From Eledone cirrhosa (Eukaryota), in assembly GCA_964016885.1 (NCBI GenBank), contig OZ024741.1:171802001-171866000 (forward strand): a DNA stretch of 64,000 nucleotides, read 5' to 3'. The notes beneath the pieces are model-generated. The model did no database searches and was not told where the DNA came from. It saw only the letters and a list, made by a program, of their open reading frames with translations. A program made the position numbers and the translations under genes. Below are positions 26,430 to 41,332 of this stretch, piece by piece. Within the stretch, counting starts at the first letter, position 1; each line of letters starts with the position of its first letter.

Positions 26430-26689
26430 AGTAAGTGAGGTTTTTTTTACAAAATGAAAAATAACCGAGGTGTCCTACACGAGTGGAAGTATAAAGAAAA
26501 AGAGATGAAATCGAAAATGCAACTGAAGTCTTATTTTTTTTTTAAATATATATATTTATTTGGTTCCTTTACCGGTTTCGCAGTTCTTCTGCTTTTCAAA
26601 AGGTGAGTTGAGATGGAGGAACCAAATAAATATATATATTTTTTTTAAAAATAAGACTTCAGTTGCATTTTCGATTTCATCTCTTTTTC

Positions 26690-26695
<6 letters not shown>
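26430..26695 (-). mobile_element. Fold-back element family PG with mutated minimal hammerhead (26566-26603)
   Basis: Arms 26490-26568 and 26617-26695; cctt TTGAAAA gcag aagaa ctgc GAAA ccgg TA aagg. Confidence 0.78.
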
Positions 26696-26721
<26 letters not shown>

Positions 26722-26831
26722 ATATATGTACATATATATATATGTATGTATTTCTGTGTGTGTATATTTATATATTTTTATGTATGTATATGTATATATT
26801 TATGGGTATATATTTGTATTTGCATGTAATA

Positions 26832-26874
<43 letters not shown>

Positions 26875-27146
26875 TGTAAATGTTCATTAAAATTTGTTTC
26901 TGAGAAATATATATATATTTATATATATATATATTTCCATGTGTGTGTGCATGTAGGTATACATGTGTGAATGAGTGTTTCTCTGTGCTTACATATATAT
27001 GTTAAATATAATTTTGAATCTAGTACAAGAAAAAAAGAAAAAATGTGATCTAATTGTTATTGAAACCCTAACTCCTTTTTAGAAACCCCTTTTCTTTCCT
27101 TAAATATAAGTACGTGTGAGTGTGGTAATATATATATAATTATATA

Positions 27147-27240
<94 letters not shown>

Positions 27241-27479
27241 ATACTCATATTTATAAATATTCATATGCACACAAACACACACACACACATATATCCATGT
27301 ACATATTCATGAATATATGCATACATATATATATACATACATACATATCTAAATATATAATTTCACGTGTGTGTATGCATATATAAACACACACACACAC
27401 ACGCACATATATACATCTACACATACACACACACATATATACATCTACACATACACACACACATATATATATATGTAAA

Positions 27480-27540
<61 letters not shown>

Positions 27541-28549
27541 GTATATATATATATATATGTAAATGTATATATATATATATATATCACTTTCCACATTATA
27601 AATATTTATGTATTTACACAAATTGCTACAGTCACATGGCCATATATTTTATAGCCCCTACAGTATCATGGTGTATCACTTTTGTTGCAAGTCCATCTTG
27701 CTATCCATTTCGTCCAACATAAATGAAACCTCTTCTACTTTGCAAGTATGGTGAACTCTATGCTTTTCTAATGGGTTCAAAATAAAATTGAAACATGTCC
27801 AATGTTATCTTCTAAACTTGCCAAAATATTCAAAACAATATTAGTCATTGACTAAAATTGTTTTTTTTTTTAATGCATAATTATGTCTCATTAGATTGTT
27901 TTAATGTCGCCCTACCCTACATTAAATAAGTTAAGAATTCCTTGACTATTGTTTTTTCATGCAGATGGCATCTCTATGTTATTTATTCTTTAAACAATTC
28001 TATTTTTTCTACGCTACCCAATGTACATAGTTGTATATTTACTTAGTGTTTCTGCTATCACAACATCAACAAGTATGGCTGTGTCTATGCTTTGCTGATG
28101 AGATCTAAGTTCAAATCATGTCCAGAATTGTCTGCCCTACTTGCCGAATGCATTAAATGTTTTAACACTAACTGAACTATTATAATTGCCCTCCTGAATG
28201 TCAGTTAGATAATCGTTGTTTGCAAAGAAGTGTGTTTGATGGAATACCAGACAGTGCTTCTTGTTTCATGACCTAAGATGAAGAAGATTATGATATTAGA
28301 TCCTGCAAATTTTTAACCATTTTATAGCTATATTTCTTACAATAAATCTGTTATCTATGTTTCAATTAATTTTGCAAAATAAATCAAGAATTCCGAAGGG
28401 TTTAGTAAAGAAACTAACAATTTTTTAATATAATTATTTAATTGTATATTAATATGGTATTTCATACATAATTTCAAATAAAGATCTCATAGAGAACTTT
28501 GGATGGAATTTTTTACATAAAAAAGGAAATAAATCTATTGTAATTACAG

Positions 28550-28620
<71 letters not shown>

Positions 28621-28660
28621 TATAAATATATATATATGTATATATATATATATACACATG

Positions 28661-28692
<32 letters not shown>

Positions 28693-28745
28693 CATACATA
28701 TATGTATATATATATACATACATATATACATACATATATATACAT

Positions 28746-28807
<62 letters not shown>

Positions 28808-29790
28808 TGGATTCATTGGGACTTCTAGTTTTGCATTTTTCTGTTTACTCTTCAAGTGTGTTTGAATAAGCTACAACAGCAGAATTTGAAGTCCTAACCA
28901 ACCCTATGTAATAAATATGACCCTATTACAATTATTGAATCCATTCATCATTAAAAGTTTTTTGTTATTCATAATTTTATATTTTAACACCCCCAACACT
29001 AATATATATAAAGTACTCAGTTGTTTGCAACATAAATTAAGAAAAATTTCTAATATTAAAAATGAAAGAAAACAGCAATGGAAGCATTGAGTAAGAATTT
29101 TTATAATTACATTAGTAATTAGAGATATGTATATTGGTATATAATTAGTGTTTGGAACACAATTTAACAAAAACTTTATGAATTAAATTTTCACTAAAAC
29201 TTTGACAATTAGTGTAGTAAATTTTTGTAGTTTAATGAAATTTTTCAGCCATATTTTAATTTAGAGTTAGTAAAAAAAAAATAACCCTGTAAATTATTTT
29301 AACTTAATGTGATATCACACTTATGTTGGGTAAACAAACAAGTTTTTCAAATGATCAAAATACAAATATTTACATTACTAAAAAATCTTTTGTTATTTAT
29401 TTATGTAAAAAAAGATTTCTATTCTTTTTTTTTTTGTTTTTGTTTTTATTTCAATTTTTGAAAATGAACAATTTAATACGGGTTGCCTTGGTCTGGCTGG
29501 TGTGGAATAGGTTAAAAATGTACTGTTGAATCCTGTAGACAAGGGTTTTATATGAGCAGAGTCTGAATGTGAAACCCAATTCTGTGGTCTGATTAAAATA
29601 ATTTATAATTTCAGGGGTGATTAGCCACATATATTTTTATGCATCTATCTTTGTTCATCCTTGTCAGAAAATGAGACTAATTAATCATCAAGAAACATTG
29701 TAACAATTATGTAAGATGTATATATAAAATTAAAAAATAGTGTAAAGTGAGGGAATTTAACCTTTTGAAACTTATTGTTTTAGCATGTAT

Positions 29791-29823
<33 letters not shown>

Positions 29824-29931
29824 CATATGTGTGTGTATATATTTATATATATATAAGGTAAATATATTTATATATATATATAAGGTATACCAAGATACAT
29901 GCCTGCATGGAAAAACGGACATAGAATGGTG

Positions 29932-29971
<40 letters not shown>

Positions 29972-29977
29972 TATATA

Positions 29978-30500
29978 TCATCATCATCATCATTTAACGT
30001 CCATTTTCCATGCTAGCATGGGTTAGATGGGTTGTCCCATTAGAGGCAAGTTGGGTCAGGTGACTGTGTCTTGCTCATATAGAACTGTTTCTGCCTATGT
30101 TTCTACAGCTGGATGCACTTCCTAATGCCAACCACATTTACAGTGACTACTGGGTGCTTTTTTTGTCATGACATCTACACAACATCTTTAAATGATGATG
30201 ATGATATATATATATATCACCATCATCACCGAATAACGTCCATTTTCCATGCTAGCATGGGATAGATGAGTTGTCCCATTGTGCGACAAATCAGATCTGA
30301 TCAGATGACCGGGTCTTGCTCAGACAAAAGTATTTTTCTATTGGTTTTTACATCTGTATGCCATTCCTAATGCCAACCCCATTTACAGCATGGACTGGGC
30401 ACTTTTTATTGTGGCACCAAAGCAACCAACTGATAGACTGGACTGGGTGCTTTTTGCCATGTCACCAACGAGATAACTTTACAGGTTGGACATTATATAT
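29978..30500 (-). mobile_element. Cluster of RTE-tail non-autonomous elements
   Basis: Repeated catcatcat...aacgtccattttccatgctagcatggg termini; opposite-strand copy at about 30700-30990. Confidence 0.7.
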
Positions 30501-30999
30501 TTACATATATTTGTATATAAATGTCATTGCCATTTTAACATTTACTTTCCCTATGTGCACGGGTTGAAGTATACATCTAGTATGCACCACTTTCTTCCTC
30601 TCTCCCCACTTCCATACAACTCCTATGTCCTAACACCCTACCCATCACCAGATAAGTCCCCCACACACCTTTCTTTTACCTCTCCAATCCCCAAATACCT
30701 CCCCATCCCAGCACTCAGTCCATACAGTAAATTGGTCATCTTGGTGTCACGACAAAATGCATGCAGCCCACTCTGTAAAGTGGTCATATTGGTGCCACAA
30801 TAAAAAGCACCCAGTACACACAGCAAATGTGGTTAGCATTAGAAAGGGTATCCAACTGTAGAAACTAATCAAAAATAAGTTCCATATGAGCAAGATGGGG
30901 TCATCTGATCTGACATTTCTCACAATGAGGCAACTCATTTAACATATGCTAGTGTGGAAAATGGACATGAAACAGTGATGATAATGATATATATATATA

Positions 31000-31272
31000 T
31001 TCAACTCCATTCCGGTACATGTCAGAAATCTATCAGGATGCAGTGTAGAATCATTCAAATTGCAGCTGGATAGATACTTAAGCACCATTAGAGATGAACC
31101 CCATCTCCGAGGATATACACAACGAGCACAAACTGACTCAAACTCGCTCCTACACATGTCAAAATTAAACAGAGAATACAACCTGGCAACCACACCAGAC
31201 TCTGAGGGGGGAGTCTTCGACTTGGCCTGAGCATGGACTCAAACTCAAATGAAATGAAATGAAATGAAATAT
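31000..31272 (+). mobile_element. CR1/L2-group LINE 3' end with (GAAAT)n tail
   Basis: Reads FNSIPVHVRNLSGCSVESFKLQLDRYLSTIRDEP, a typical CR1/L2 ORF2 terminus. Confidence 0.65.
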
Positions 31273-31274
31273 GA

Positions 31275-31319
<45 letters not shown>

Positions 31320-31329
31320 AAAGATACTC

Positions 31330-31490
31330 TCATGGAATGTGACCAAATGAGGTTTATTTTTCAACATAGTCCTCCTTGCAGTCCACATATATCTTCCATC
31401 AGTGTTGCAGTGCTTAGATCCCATTGGTGAAGAAGCTTTCACCCTGTTGGTAAAAAAATTCATCAATAGCAGATATGATGTCATCATTAA
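31330..31490 (-). pseudogene. Mariner transposase C-terminal remnant
   Basis: Minus strand reads FFTNGI*ALQH*WKIYVDCKEDYVEK*, like mariner GIxxLxxRWxKCVxxxGxYVEK. Confidence 0.7.
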
Positions 31491-31799
31491 TGCAATAAGG
31501 GTTTCAGTTGATCACTTTTGCACTGATGATGAAGCTGGAGCTTCATGCCCTAATGTAGCAACTGTATCAGCATGGATGTCCTTGTGGGCTAAACTCTTTT
31601 TCTGCAAGTACTTAATAACACCACATCTAATTTTGCTCATTTTCAAGAGAAATCACTACTAGTCACTTTTGAACTCTTCTTTGAACAGTCAGATGTCAGT
31701 TTACCTGCAAAGAAGCTATATAGTTTATATAAATATATATATTATATTGTGTGTGTGTGCAAGTGTATGTATATAGGTATATATATATATATAGTTAGT

Positions 31800-33480
31800 G
31801 ATGGCAACCACGTGTGTCTGAGCTCTGGGTTTATCATCCTCTCTCCTTAATCCTTTTCCTTCCTCCATTGGCAGTTGTGAACAAGGTAATGCGGTCCTCC
31901 CAATTGATGCAAAGGATTCTTTGGAACTTCATTTGCTGGAACCGCTCTAGATATTTGATATCCCAATGATACATGGTCCACATCTCTTAGACATACAGAA
32001 GGGAGGAGAGGACCACGGCTCAAAAGACCATTATACTGGTTCTTTTGGTGAGGCCATGAGTGCCATATGCAGCATGAGCCACTTTGATCCTGTTGTCAAG
32101 GTTTTTCTTGTAGGTGATGCTTTCAAGAGGATGCTGCCAAGATAGGGAAATGTGTTGACGATTTTTACTGGCTGTCTGTTGATGTTGATGCTAGCATCCA
32201 GTGTGGCTTGTCCAGGAGTTGGTTGGATGAGGATCTTTGTTTTGTGCACATTGTGCATCCCAAAACGTTTGTAAGCCTCATTGTACAGATTTGCTGATCT
32301 CTTGATGCTGATGGGAGTCTGATCTGCGGTTTCATTGTCGTCAGTATACTGAAGTTCTCGCATGCAGGTGATGATACCCTTTGTACGAGAGTGAAGCTGG
32401 CCGAGGTTCATGAGTCCACCATCAAGTCGATATTGGATCTCAACTCCAGTGCTGTCAGGGAATCTCATTAATCATGGCAGCGAGGTATAGAGAGAAGAGT
32501 GTCGGAGCCAACACACAGCCCTGCTTGAGGCCACAGGTGATTGAAAAAAGTTTCCAAGAGGGTGTCTTGATGGTTCACCTTACCTTCCATTCCATCATAG
32601 AGCATATGGATCAGAGACATGAAGTGCTCTAGGCAGCCAAAGTGGGTAAGAGTGGCCCACATTACTGGTCTTGGGACTTTGTTGAAGGCCTTCTGCAGGA
32701 CCTAAAACATGAGCATCAGTGGATTCTGTTTCTCACAACCTTGAGCTGTCTTCCACAGAAGACCATATCAATAACGCCTCTTGAAGGTCAAAAACCACAT
32801 TGGGATTCTGGAAGGCACTCTTCTGCTATGGGGAGGAGTCGATTCAGGAGGATTTGCATGAAGATTTTGCCAGCGATGCATTAGGGAGAGATTCCATGAT
32901 ATTTTCTGCAGAGTGATTTGTCTCTTTCCTTGAAAATTGTCACAATGTTGCATTTTTGAAATCCTCAGGGATGGTTTTAATATTGCAGATTTTCAGAATC
33001 AAGCCATGCCTTTATTTTGGAGCCGCCATGGAAGAAGAATTCCAAGGGCATATTGTCGGATCCATGATCTTTTCTGGGTTTTGTAGTGTGAAATGCTTCT
33101 TTCAGTTCTCAGAAAGTTAGGGGAGTGACATCCAAAGCCGGGCACAATGTTGAGGGGGGGTTCTGCAGGAGGTTTTCTGGCATGGTGACGTGGTCATTGA
33201 GGAGGCTCTGAAAATGGTTTTTCCAGTGGTCCAAGATGGACTCAGGATCAGTAAGGATGGTGGTACCATCCGAGTGCTTAAGGGCTGCCACTGATGATTT
33301 GACGGGACCAAAGATTTCTCTGATGGATGTGTAGAAGCAATGCATGTTTTGTTTTTCTTCAGACTATTGGATTGCCTTTGCCTGCCACCAAATGTTCTAG
33401 ATTTCGCAGAGTTGTCTTTAGCATATTTACATTGCATCATGATAGCTCTTTTTCTTTTCAGCTGAGGGGTGGTTCTCAAA
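31800..33480 (-). mobile_element. Degenerate RTE-BovB-like LINE RT region
   Basis: GVEIQYRLDGGLMNL, ELQYTDD, FPYLGSIL, SIREIFGP; frameshifted. Confidence 0.88.
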
Positions 33481-34137
33481 GTTCAGTATATATGCATATA
33501 TGTGTTAGTGTGTATATAAATATATGTATATTTCAAAGACAATCCTGTCTATGTGCTTGTTCAATCATGCAACCAGTCACATGATATCATCAGAGAGCAT
33601 CTTTGTGTAATAAGTTTATGTTTCCGAGACAATCCAATGGACACAATGGACAAGGGAATGGACAAAAATGATGTTTTCATAGCCAAAGTCCATTTCCTTG
33701 TCTTTACATTGGATTGCCTCAGAAACATAATCTTATTTTATAAACATACTGTCTGATGATATCGCATGACCAGTTACGTGATTGAACAATAACATTGCCA
33801 TGATCATCATTGAAATATATATCACAGCTTTGTTAATAAAGGACTCATTAACATTTACACTAAACTTTGCATTTAACTTATTCCATATATATACTCCGGC
33901 ACTGACTGATAAATCATATTTCAAAGAAAGCACATGACGTTGAGTGCTTGATTCGAATTGCATCATTATTTACTGATTGGTGCATTACTTACACAATCCT
34001 GTTTAGTCAACATATTTCCCATGGACGTAGAATGGTGATAATGATATTTATATAAATATATATACACACACACATATATATATATACATATATATATCAA
34101 TACATATATGTATATATATATATATATATATATAAAA

Positions 34138-34210
<73 letters not shown>

Positions 34211-34213
<3 letters not shown>

Positions 34214-34360
34214 GTAGATCCTGAGTTAAACTTTGGAGTAACCACAGTTAAAAAGGCACTCAATACATTAGTAGAGTGCAAACATCATATTTAATAAAGA
34301 AATGTCTTCTACAGGACTAGAACTTTCATTCATAGGAAATCATCAGGAATGCCTGCTACA
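34211..34360 (-). mobile_element. Diverged family PB copy with decayed hammerhead
   Basis: tctacaggactagaactttcatt...atcatcaggaat plus tail homology; inside TA-rich repeats. Confidence 0.72.
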
Positions 34361-34462
34361 TACATATAAAAAGAAATATATATATATATATAAATGTATA
34401 TATATATGCATATATATATATATATATATATACATAAATAAACACAAACATATATTTATAAA

Positions 34463-34521
<59 letters not shown>

Positions 34522-34584
34522 TAGCGTGGAAGATAGATGTTAAACGATGATTATGATGATGATATATAAATATATATATATATT

Positions 34585-35087
34585 TAATAGAAATAGTAGA
34601 ATTTAGCTTCGAGCATAGCTGTATACAAATATGTATTTGAATTTCGTATTTCTAAAGAAATATGGGATGATTAGAAATAAACATTTAGAACACCATAGTT
34701 ATGAATGATACTGGTAGCTAACACCACCAAGCGGTGCTCGGCAGAAGCAAGGAGTACAATCGTCGATGTATTTCGGACTCGACTGGTTCTTGTCAGAATG
34801 ATCTCTCCCGCTCTTGCAACTGCCAGACTTTAAAAACAGGCAAAGCTAAATTCTAGAAAAAACTATATAGTTTCGCATGCTTTGAAAGTCCAACAGTTGC
34901 AAGAGCAGGAAAGATCACCTTGACGAGAACAGGTCGAATCCGAAATACATCGATGATTGTCCCCCCTTGCTTCTGCCGAGCACCGGTTGATGGCGTTAGC
35001 TGCCAGTGTCATTAAGAGCTACGGCTTTCTAAATGTTATTCATAAACATACTGTATTTCTTTAGAAATACAAAATTTAAATATATAT
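34585..35087. mobile_element. Old fold-back element family PH with decayed hammerheads
   Basis: Diverged arms about 34629-34822 and 34894-35087; atcacc TTGACGA...GAAA taca TC gatgat at 34914-34957. Confidence 0.78.
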
Positions 35088-35113
35088 ATATATATATAGT
35101 GCACTCCATCCTG

Positions 35114-35162
<49 letters not shown>

Positions 35163-35211
35163 CACTCCATCCTGCTTATATAAATATATAGCAAATAAAA
35201 TCATAGTTTAG

Positions 35212-35267
35212 TGTTTCTGAAGAAGACGGTACATTGATCTTCCATGATCTGAAACAATTGTAAAACA
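35212..35267 (+). ncRNA. Minimal hammerhead ribozyme
   Basis: tgttt CTGAAGA aga...tct GAAA caattg TA aaaca. Confidence 0.78.
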
Positions 35268-35399
35268 ATGAAGTAATTAACTACCTATCTCTGACTTTTG
35301 TTTTCTTATATATCATTGGTAGGCCTCTTTCTTTAGAGCATCTGTGATGCTAAGTGTACAGGTGTCATTTCAAGTACACTTTTCCCTAACAATATCCTG

Positions 35400-36600
35400 A
35401 TTCATACTGACACACAGCCTTGCAATGATCTTCACATTGCAAGACATTGACAAACGTCCTTCATTCAGCTTCTTTTCATGCTATATATACCTGTATTCTA
35501 GCCTCACTTTTAGCTATCTAGTACTGGTCTCTGCTGCCCCAATTTGTCCTGTCATTCCATGTCTAATGCTCTACTGTCATTCCATGTCTAATGCTCCACT
35601 GTGCTGTCCCACCACCAGGTCACCTGCTGTCTGGTAGTGACAAATCTTATCACTAGTCTGTTTTAGATTGTCTCACAGGAACTTCCAATTGCCATTTATG
35701 TTGTATGTGTCTAACTCTTTCTCCTTATCATATGCCTCACATAGAGCTTTCCTGAATCTATTACATAACAGGATGGTCTTTAGCTTCCATACTCTTCTTC
35801 ACCAGATTTTCCTATATCTCTTCTTCTCTCATGTACTTATTCTGATGTCGCTCACAACTAACTTATGTTGGGCAATGCATTCTTCTCCTGGGAAGGTCTT
35901 AACATTTTTAACCATCTGACTATTCTATTTTCTAACAAATATGAAGACAAACTGGCTTTTGTGTGTGCCTGATTGGTAGGTGATCAGATGGTTGACCAAT
36001 TTCCTGAAATTAGTGTTACAAATGGTTAGTTTAATTGCATCACAGAATTCCAGGAGCCTCATTCCGTCTTCATCTCTCAAATCATAGCCATAGCTACTGT
36101 GTATATCAGTGTAACTATCCTCGTTCTGTTTACCATGCCCATTGAAATCACCTGCTAGGATTATGAGATCTCTATGAGGTAACTGATTATGAAGTAACTG
36201 AGATTGTATGTATATTGCATACAAAAGCAATCCTTTTGTTCCTTACTTAGTTATGCTTGGCATGCATAGCTAGAGATAATTGTTGACATTCTATTGTCTA
36301 TAACTATTCTGAGTTTGATAATACTGTTGCTAACTCTAACTGCTTCAATTACCTTATCTATCCCTTTCTCAGCTAGAAGATTGCATAGTCCACCTATCTA
36401 TTGACATTACCTTTCCAGAAAAGCTTGTATCTACATTGTTTGATTGTGAGAAATCTTGCAGGGGCACCTCTAATCTTCCCTATTGTACATAGCATACATC
36501 CCATATCTTCTGTCAAGCAACTCCACAATTGCACCTGATCTAATTTTCTGTGTACTCACAATGAGTTTGGCAACTCTGTGATATGTTACCTGACATTAGT
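35400..36600 (-). mobile_element. Degenerate RTE LINE apurinic endonuclease region
   Basis: LIILAGDFNGH...DEDGMRLLEFC...NTNFRK...ITYQSG. Confidence 0.85.
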
Positions 36601-39600
36601 GATTAGGTATTTTGGTGCCAAATGGTTTAGAAATTCCTTTACCAATTATTAAGTTACAAGTTTGATTCCAGAGTGTGCCATCTTTGGCATATATATTTAC
36701 CAAATTCTCTGACTAACCCAAGTGTCATTCTGCAAACAGAAATTGGATGGTAGTTTGCTAAAAGGAATATACCTGTAATTCAAAAGTACAGCTTTGTGGT
36801 ATTTTTCATCAGACTTCGTGGTATTTTTCCAATTCTTTATGTTTATGTATTGAGTTCAGATCCCATTGAATAACTGTATTATTCATTCTGCTAGTAGTCA
36901 ACATTATAAAGTTCCCATTCAGGGGAAAGGATTAGTGAAATTGTTAGAGCATTGGACAAAATAATTGTGATACTTGTCCTAGCTCAAAGATTGGGAGAAG
37001 CTGCTTAAACTTGTTTCATGTGGAGTTGCACCATGCAATGGCAGTAGAAGCCCAGGAAGACCAAAAAGGACTTAGATGGAGAATATCTATTGGGATCAAG
37101 CTAGGCTTGGCCTGGCCCAAGTGAGACCGGTGAACAGAAACATATGGAACAGGAGGCTAAGGAGTGCTGTCAGGCAGGACTCATCCCTACTTAGGGATTA
37201 ATTGTGCCCTGCATAATAAAAAACTAGACGATGGTGATGATGGCTCTCTATCATCTAAGTTCACTTGCAATAACACAGGTGCCAAATTGTATAGGTACTT
37301 GCCTTTTCCTAGAACAACATTAATAGTATGGAAAGAAGTACTAGCCATATCGATGCTGATATGGCTAAGGTTTTCAGTATTTTCCTTCACAGTCAAGAGG
37401 TTCCAAGTTCAATCCTCACTGCATAGTATCTTTAGGCAACCCAAGTCTTGTACATAAAAAATTGTGTTGATGGTAACATTTGAGGAAGTCAGTTGGATGA
37501 ATTGTACCTATAATTTTAAAGTCCAGCTCTTTACATACTGTTTCAAACTGATTTTGCTTGAGGATTACATCTGTCTTTAGAATAATCTGCCATTTACACA
37601 TTCATTTCATGTGTTGAGTATTCAGTTGATTGAATAACTGAATGCTCATCATCAAAACTGATAGAAGTTCAGCCATTATCCCATCATCATCACCACCATC
37701 ATAACCATTATTATCATCATTATCATAATAATAATCCCGAAGCAATGTTACCAAGTGGAAAGGTATTATATTGTCAATGATTAACGAAAGTATTGGCAAT
37801 TTCTTTTGGAATATCTCTCTTATGTTATTGCTGTTTAGTCCAAGGTTAGCTCTGTCCAAGTAGATAGGTTTCAATTTTATTTTTTATTTAAAAAAAGTAT
37901 TTTAGGGTGTGATTCCAGGGAGATTTTGCTGCTACTATTAGTAGATCAAGTAACCATATACAATCTCTTTCATGTGTAGAATTCTCTTATAGCTAAGCAG
38001 TTGTTATAGTAGCTAAGTGATTAAGAACGCTAAAAATACCAAATTGGCATTAGAGTGTTGGGTGAAATACTTTATGGTATTGATTATGTCCCTTTCTGTT
38101 ATGAGTTCAAATCCTGTCAATATCAGCTTTGTCTTACATCTATCTGGTGTTGATAAATAAAGTGCCAGTTTAGGGTAGGAAACACAGAGTACTTTAAGAA
38201 AATGTTCAGAGATCAAACTGATTAAAATATAATGAAGTAGACAAATATATGAAAAATGAGATTAATTATAAAAACATTCTCAGTTTCTATGACAATAACT
38301 CTCGTCAGAAATGCAGACAATTTACAAAAAATGTTCTGGATAGAATTTTGAAAAATGATGCTAGCTTTCTAGACTTTGGCAACATAGCTTTAATAATTGA
38401 AATTTTAGATTATGTTTATAGTAGAGATGATTCATTCCAGATATTTAGATTTACAATTAACTAAGAAATATGGTTGCAAAATGGATGAAGGTCACATTCA
38501 TGTCTCTACATCGTCATCATCATCATCATCATCATATCATCATCATCATCAACATCATAATTATCATCATTTAATACCAATTTTCCCAGTTAGCAAGGTT
38601 TGGATGGGTCGTCACAAACCAGGTGTACTCAAGTCCCCAGATGGACTGATTACCTACACCTCAATTACATACATTCTTGTACAATATTGAATAGATTTTA
38701 TCACTATAAAGTTTTCTTAGAGATCCTTTAAGGAGGTGATTTAGGTAATTTAGACAATATTTATTTGAGCATCTCACTTATGCTATTTTTGATGTTGGTT
38801 AACCCCCAAGTCAATCCCCATTGACAAGTCATTTAATTAAGTCATTTAATTAAATATATTCCTGTCATAAACATCCTATTTTTTTCCTAGCCATAATGTA
38901 ACTGTGGTAACATTTCACACTGTTAATTATTTTTTTTAAATGGTGGAGTGCGCTTAGTGGGAAGGATATTTACTATTATTTCTTGCATGTCTAAACCAGT
39001 TTAATGACATTCTCTAGCCATTGGAGGCTCTTGAGCGCTCATATGTGCCTCTAGAGCTTTTAGTAATTTTCACTCTGTGAACAGGTCTCCAGTTTGCGGA
39101 TACCTTCCTTCTACTTACCAACCCCGGAGTCACTGAAAGAAATGGTCATGGCTTCTGCCTTTCTTTCACTGACATGAAACAAAATGGTCAAGCAACCATG
39201 AAGAGGCTGTTTTGTTGGCTTGACAGTGAGTTCTCAGAGAAGATTTAACATAACATCATCCCCTTTTACTAATCATAAGTATATATAGGAAAAGCATTTG
39301 TGCTTATTTAAATATAAAATAATATTTGTCAATGTGAAGTGTGATGACTGAGTGGCAGAAATAGTTAAGCAGATTTTCTCAACTATATTGTGCCATGGCA
39401 CTCTTATATGCTCAGATGTTTAGAAAATGTAAGTGCTTTTAAGGAAGTCCAATGGCACATATGCCCTTGCAGCAGAATGCAATGCATATGATCATTGCTT
39501 TTTTTAAACACTATTAATACTAGTGCTTTTTTATATAATAAAACTTTGAAAAGGTGGATTGTGTGTGTAAACACTTCTGGCATGTTATTCATTGTGCCAT

Positions 39601-40211
39601 GGAATGAAACAGGTTAAACATTGCTACAGTATAGCATTTTTAATTACATTTCTATGTTCTGAGTTTGAATAATGATGGCGTTAGAGATTGCTTGACATAC
39701 ATCCAAATTGAAAGGAAAATTAATATAAGCAATATATATTAATTTGTGTGTGAAGCAGCTGAAGTATATGATAAACTTACATCTGTATATATATACAGAA
39801 TAGAAGTAATCAAGACTGTACAAATATGCGTATATGAATGTATGTATTTACACAGTCTCAATTATTTACAGTAATATATTGGATTTGATTCAATCAAATA
39901 TAAAACATTTCCTTTCAAAGTTTTACCTTGTGACATTCAAAATGTTTTGGGTATCTAGGATGCTGATAGTCAGTTTTTGACATTTTAGTTCATTTTTTTC
40001 TAGTCCACTCAGCTGACAAAAATGAGTTGTACCTGTTAGTTGAAATGCCAGCCTTCTCACGTTGAATCTCCCTTAGAACTACATTCAGGGTACATGTGTT
40101 TCAGGAAGGCTTAGCGACTTGCACGTTAATTTCACAAGCAGGCTGTTCTATTGATTGTATCAACAGGAATACTCATTGTCGTAACCGATGGAGCACCACT
40201 AACACTATGGC

Positions 40212-40286
<75 letters not shown>

Positions 40287-41287
40287 TTGTAGCTTTTGGC
40301 ATTCAACATGTTTTGGGTAACTAGGATGCTGATAGTCAAATTTTTGACATTTTTAGCATTATATCTTACTGAATTATCAATTGCTGTTCATAAGGTTGGT
40401 TGACTATTCCAGCACCTAATATTTATCACATTTGTGTTGGTATTTTCCATTCATATAATTGTATGTCTATCCATTTTAAATTAATCTCAAATTCACCTGC
40501 TTATATTGCTAATATAAATATAAATAAATTATTTCAGTATGTCACTTTTAAGAAACAGAGATTTAAGAAATTGTATATATGTTGAAACATAATTAAAGCA
40601 CAAACCACATATTTGATCCTATAGATTTTAGTATGGGTAGGAAAGATAAAGTGGTGATACAGTTAATTCGTGGAATAAACACGAAATGAAATATACCTAT
40701 TTCAATATAGTCTCGTAGTTCTGACATGAGATATTTATATGACAACTTAAAATTCTGATACTACTAATGTCATCTTTTTTTTGTTTATCTGTTACATAAC
40801 ATTTCTATCATTTCAAAACACACTTGACATCGTTTTCTGTTTCTTTAAGGTGCAATTCACAATGTAAAACCTGTTGTGTATGCATGACTGGCCAGTTTGC
40901 TTTCACCAGTGATCCGTATCTGTATCAAGGTCAACAGCTATGCTAGATGTAATATTGCATCTCATTAGATCACCATTTGCCCACCCAGTAATGGGTGTCT
41001 GTGAGTTTGTGAAGTAGAAAGACCTTTCAAAGCAGTAGGATAAGTGAAAAAATTCATTCAAATAAATGAGATCCTAAGTAGTAAAACGGTTGGAAACTGC
41101 TGGGTTAAATCATCATTAATTTGTGAAATGTTTGCCATTTACAATAAGATTCTATAGCATCATTTCTGTGATTCAAAACAGTGACAAGTATTTTTAGTCA
41201 AAATTAATAACCAAATAAGATTCAGATTTCATATTTCTCACCTGTTAAACTGTATTATCTGTGAGATAAACAGACATTATTCATAAT

Positions 41288-41332
<45 letters not shown>
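41288..41332. repeat. (TAG)n microsatellite
   Basis: Directly visible. Confidence 0.97.

Noticed and set aside
28890-29516. Possible piggyBac-like MITE ending AGGTTAA
   Set aside because: No convincing matching left terminus.
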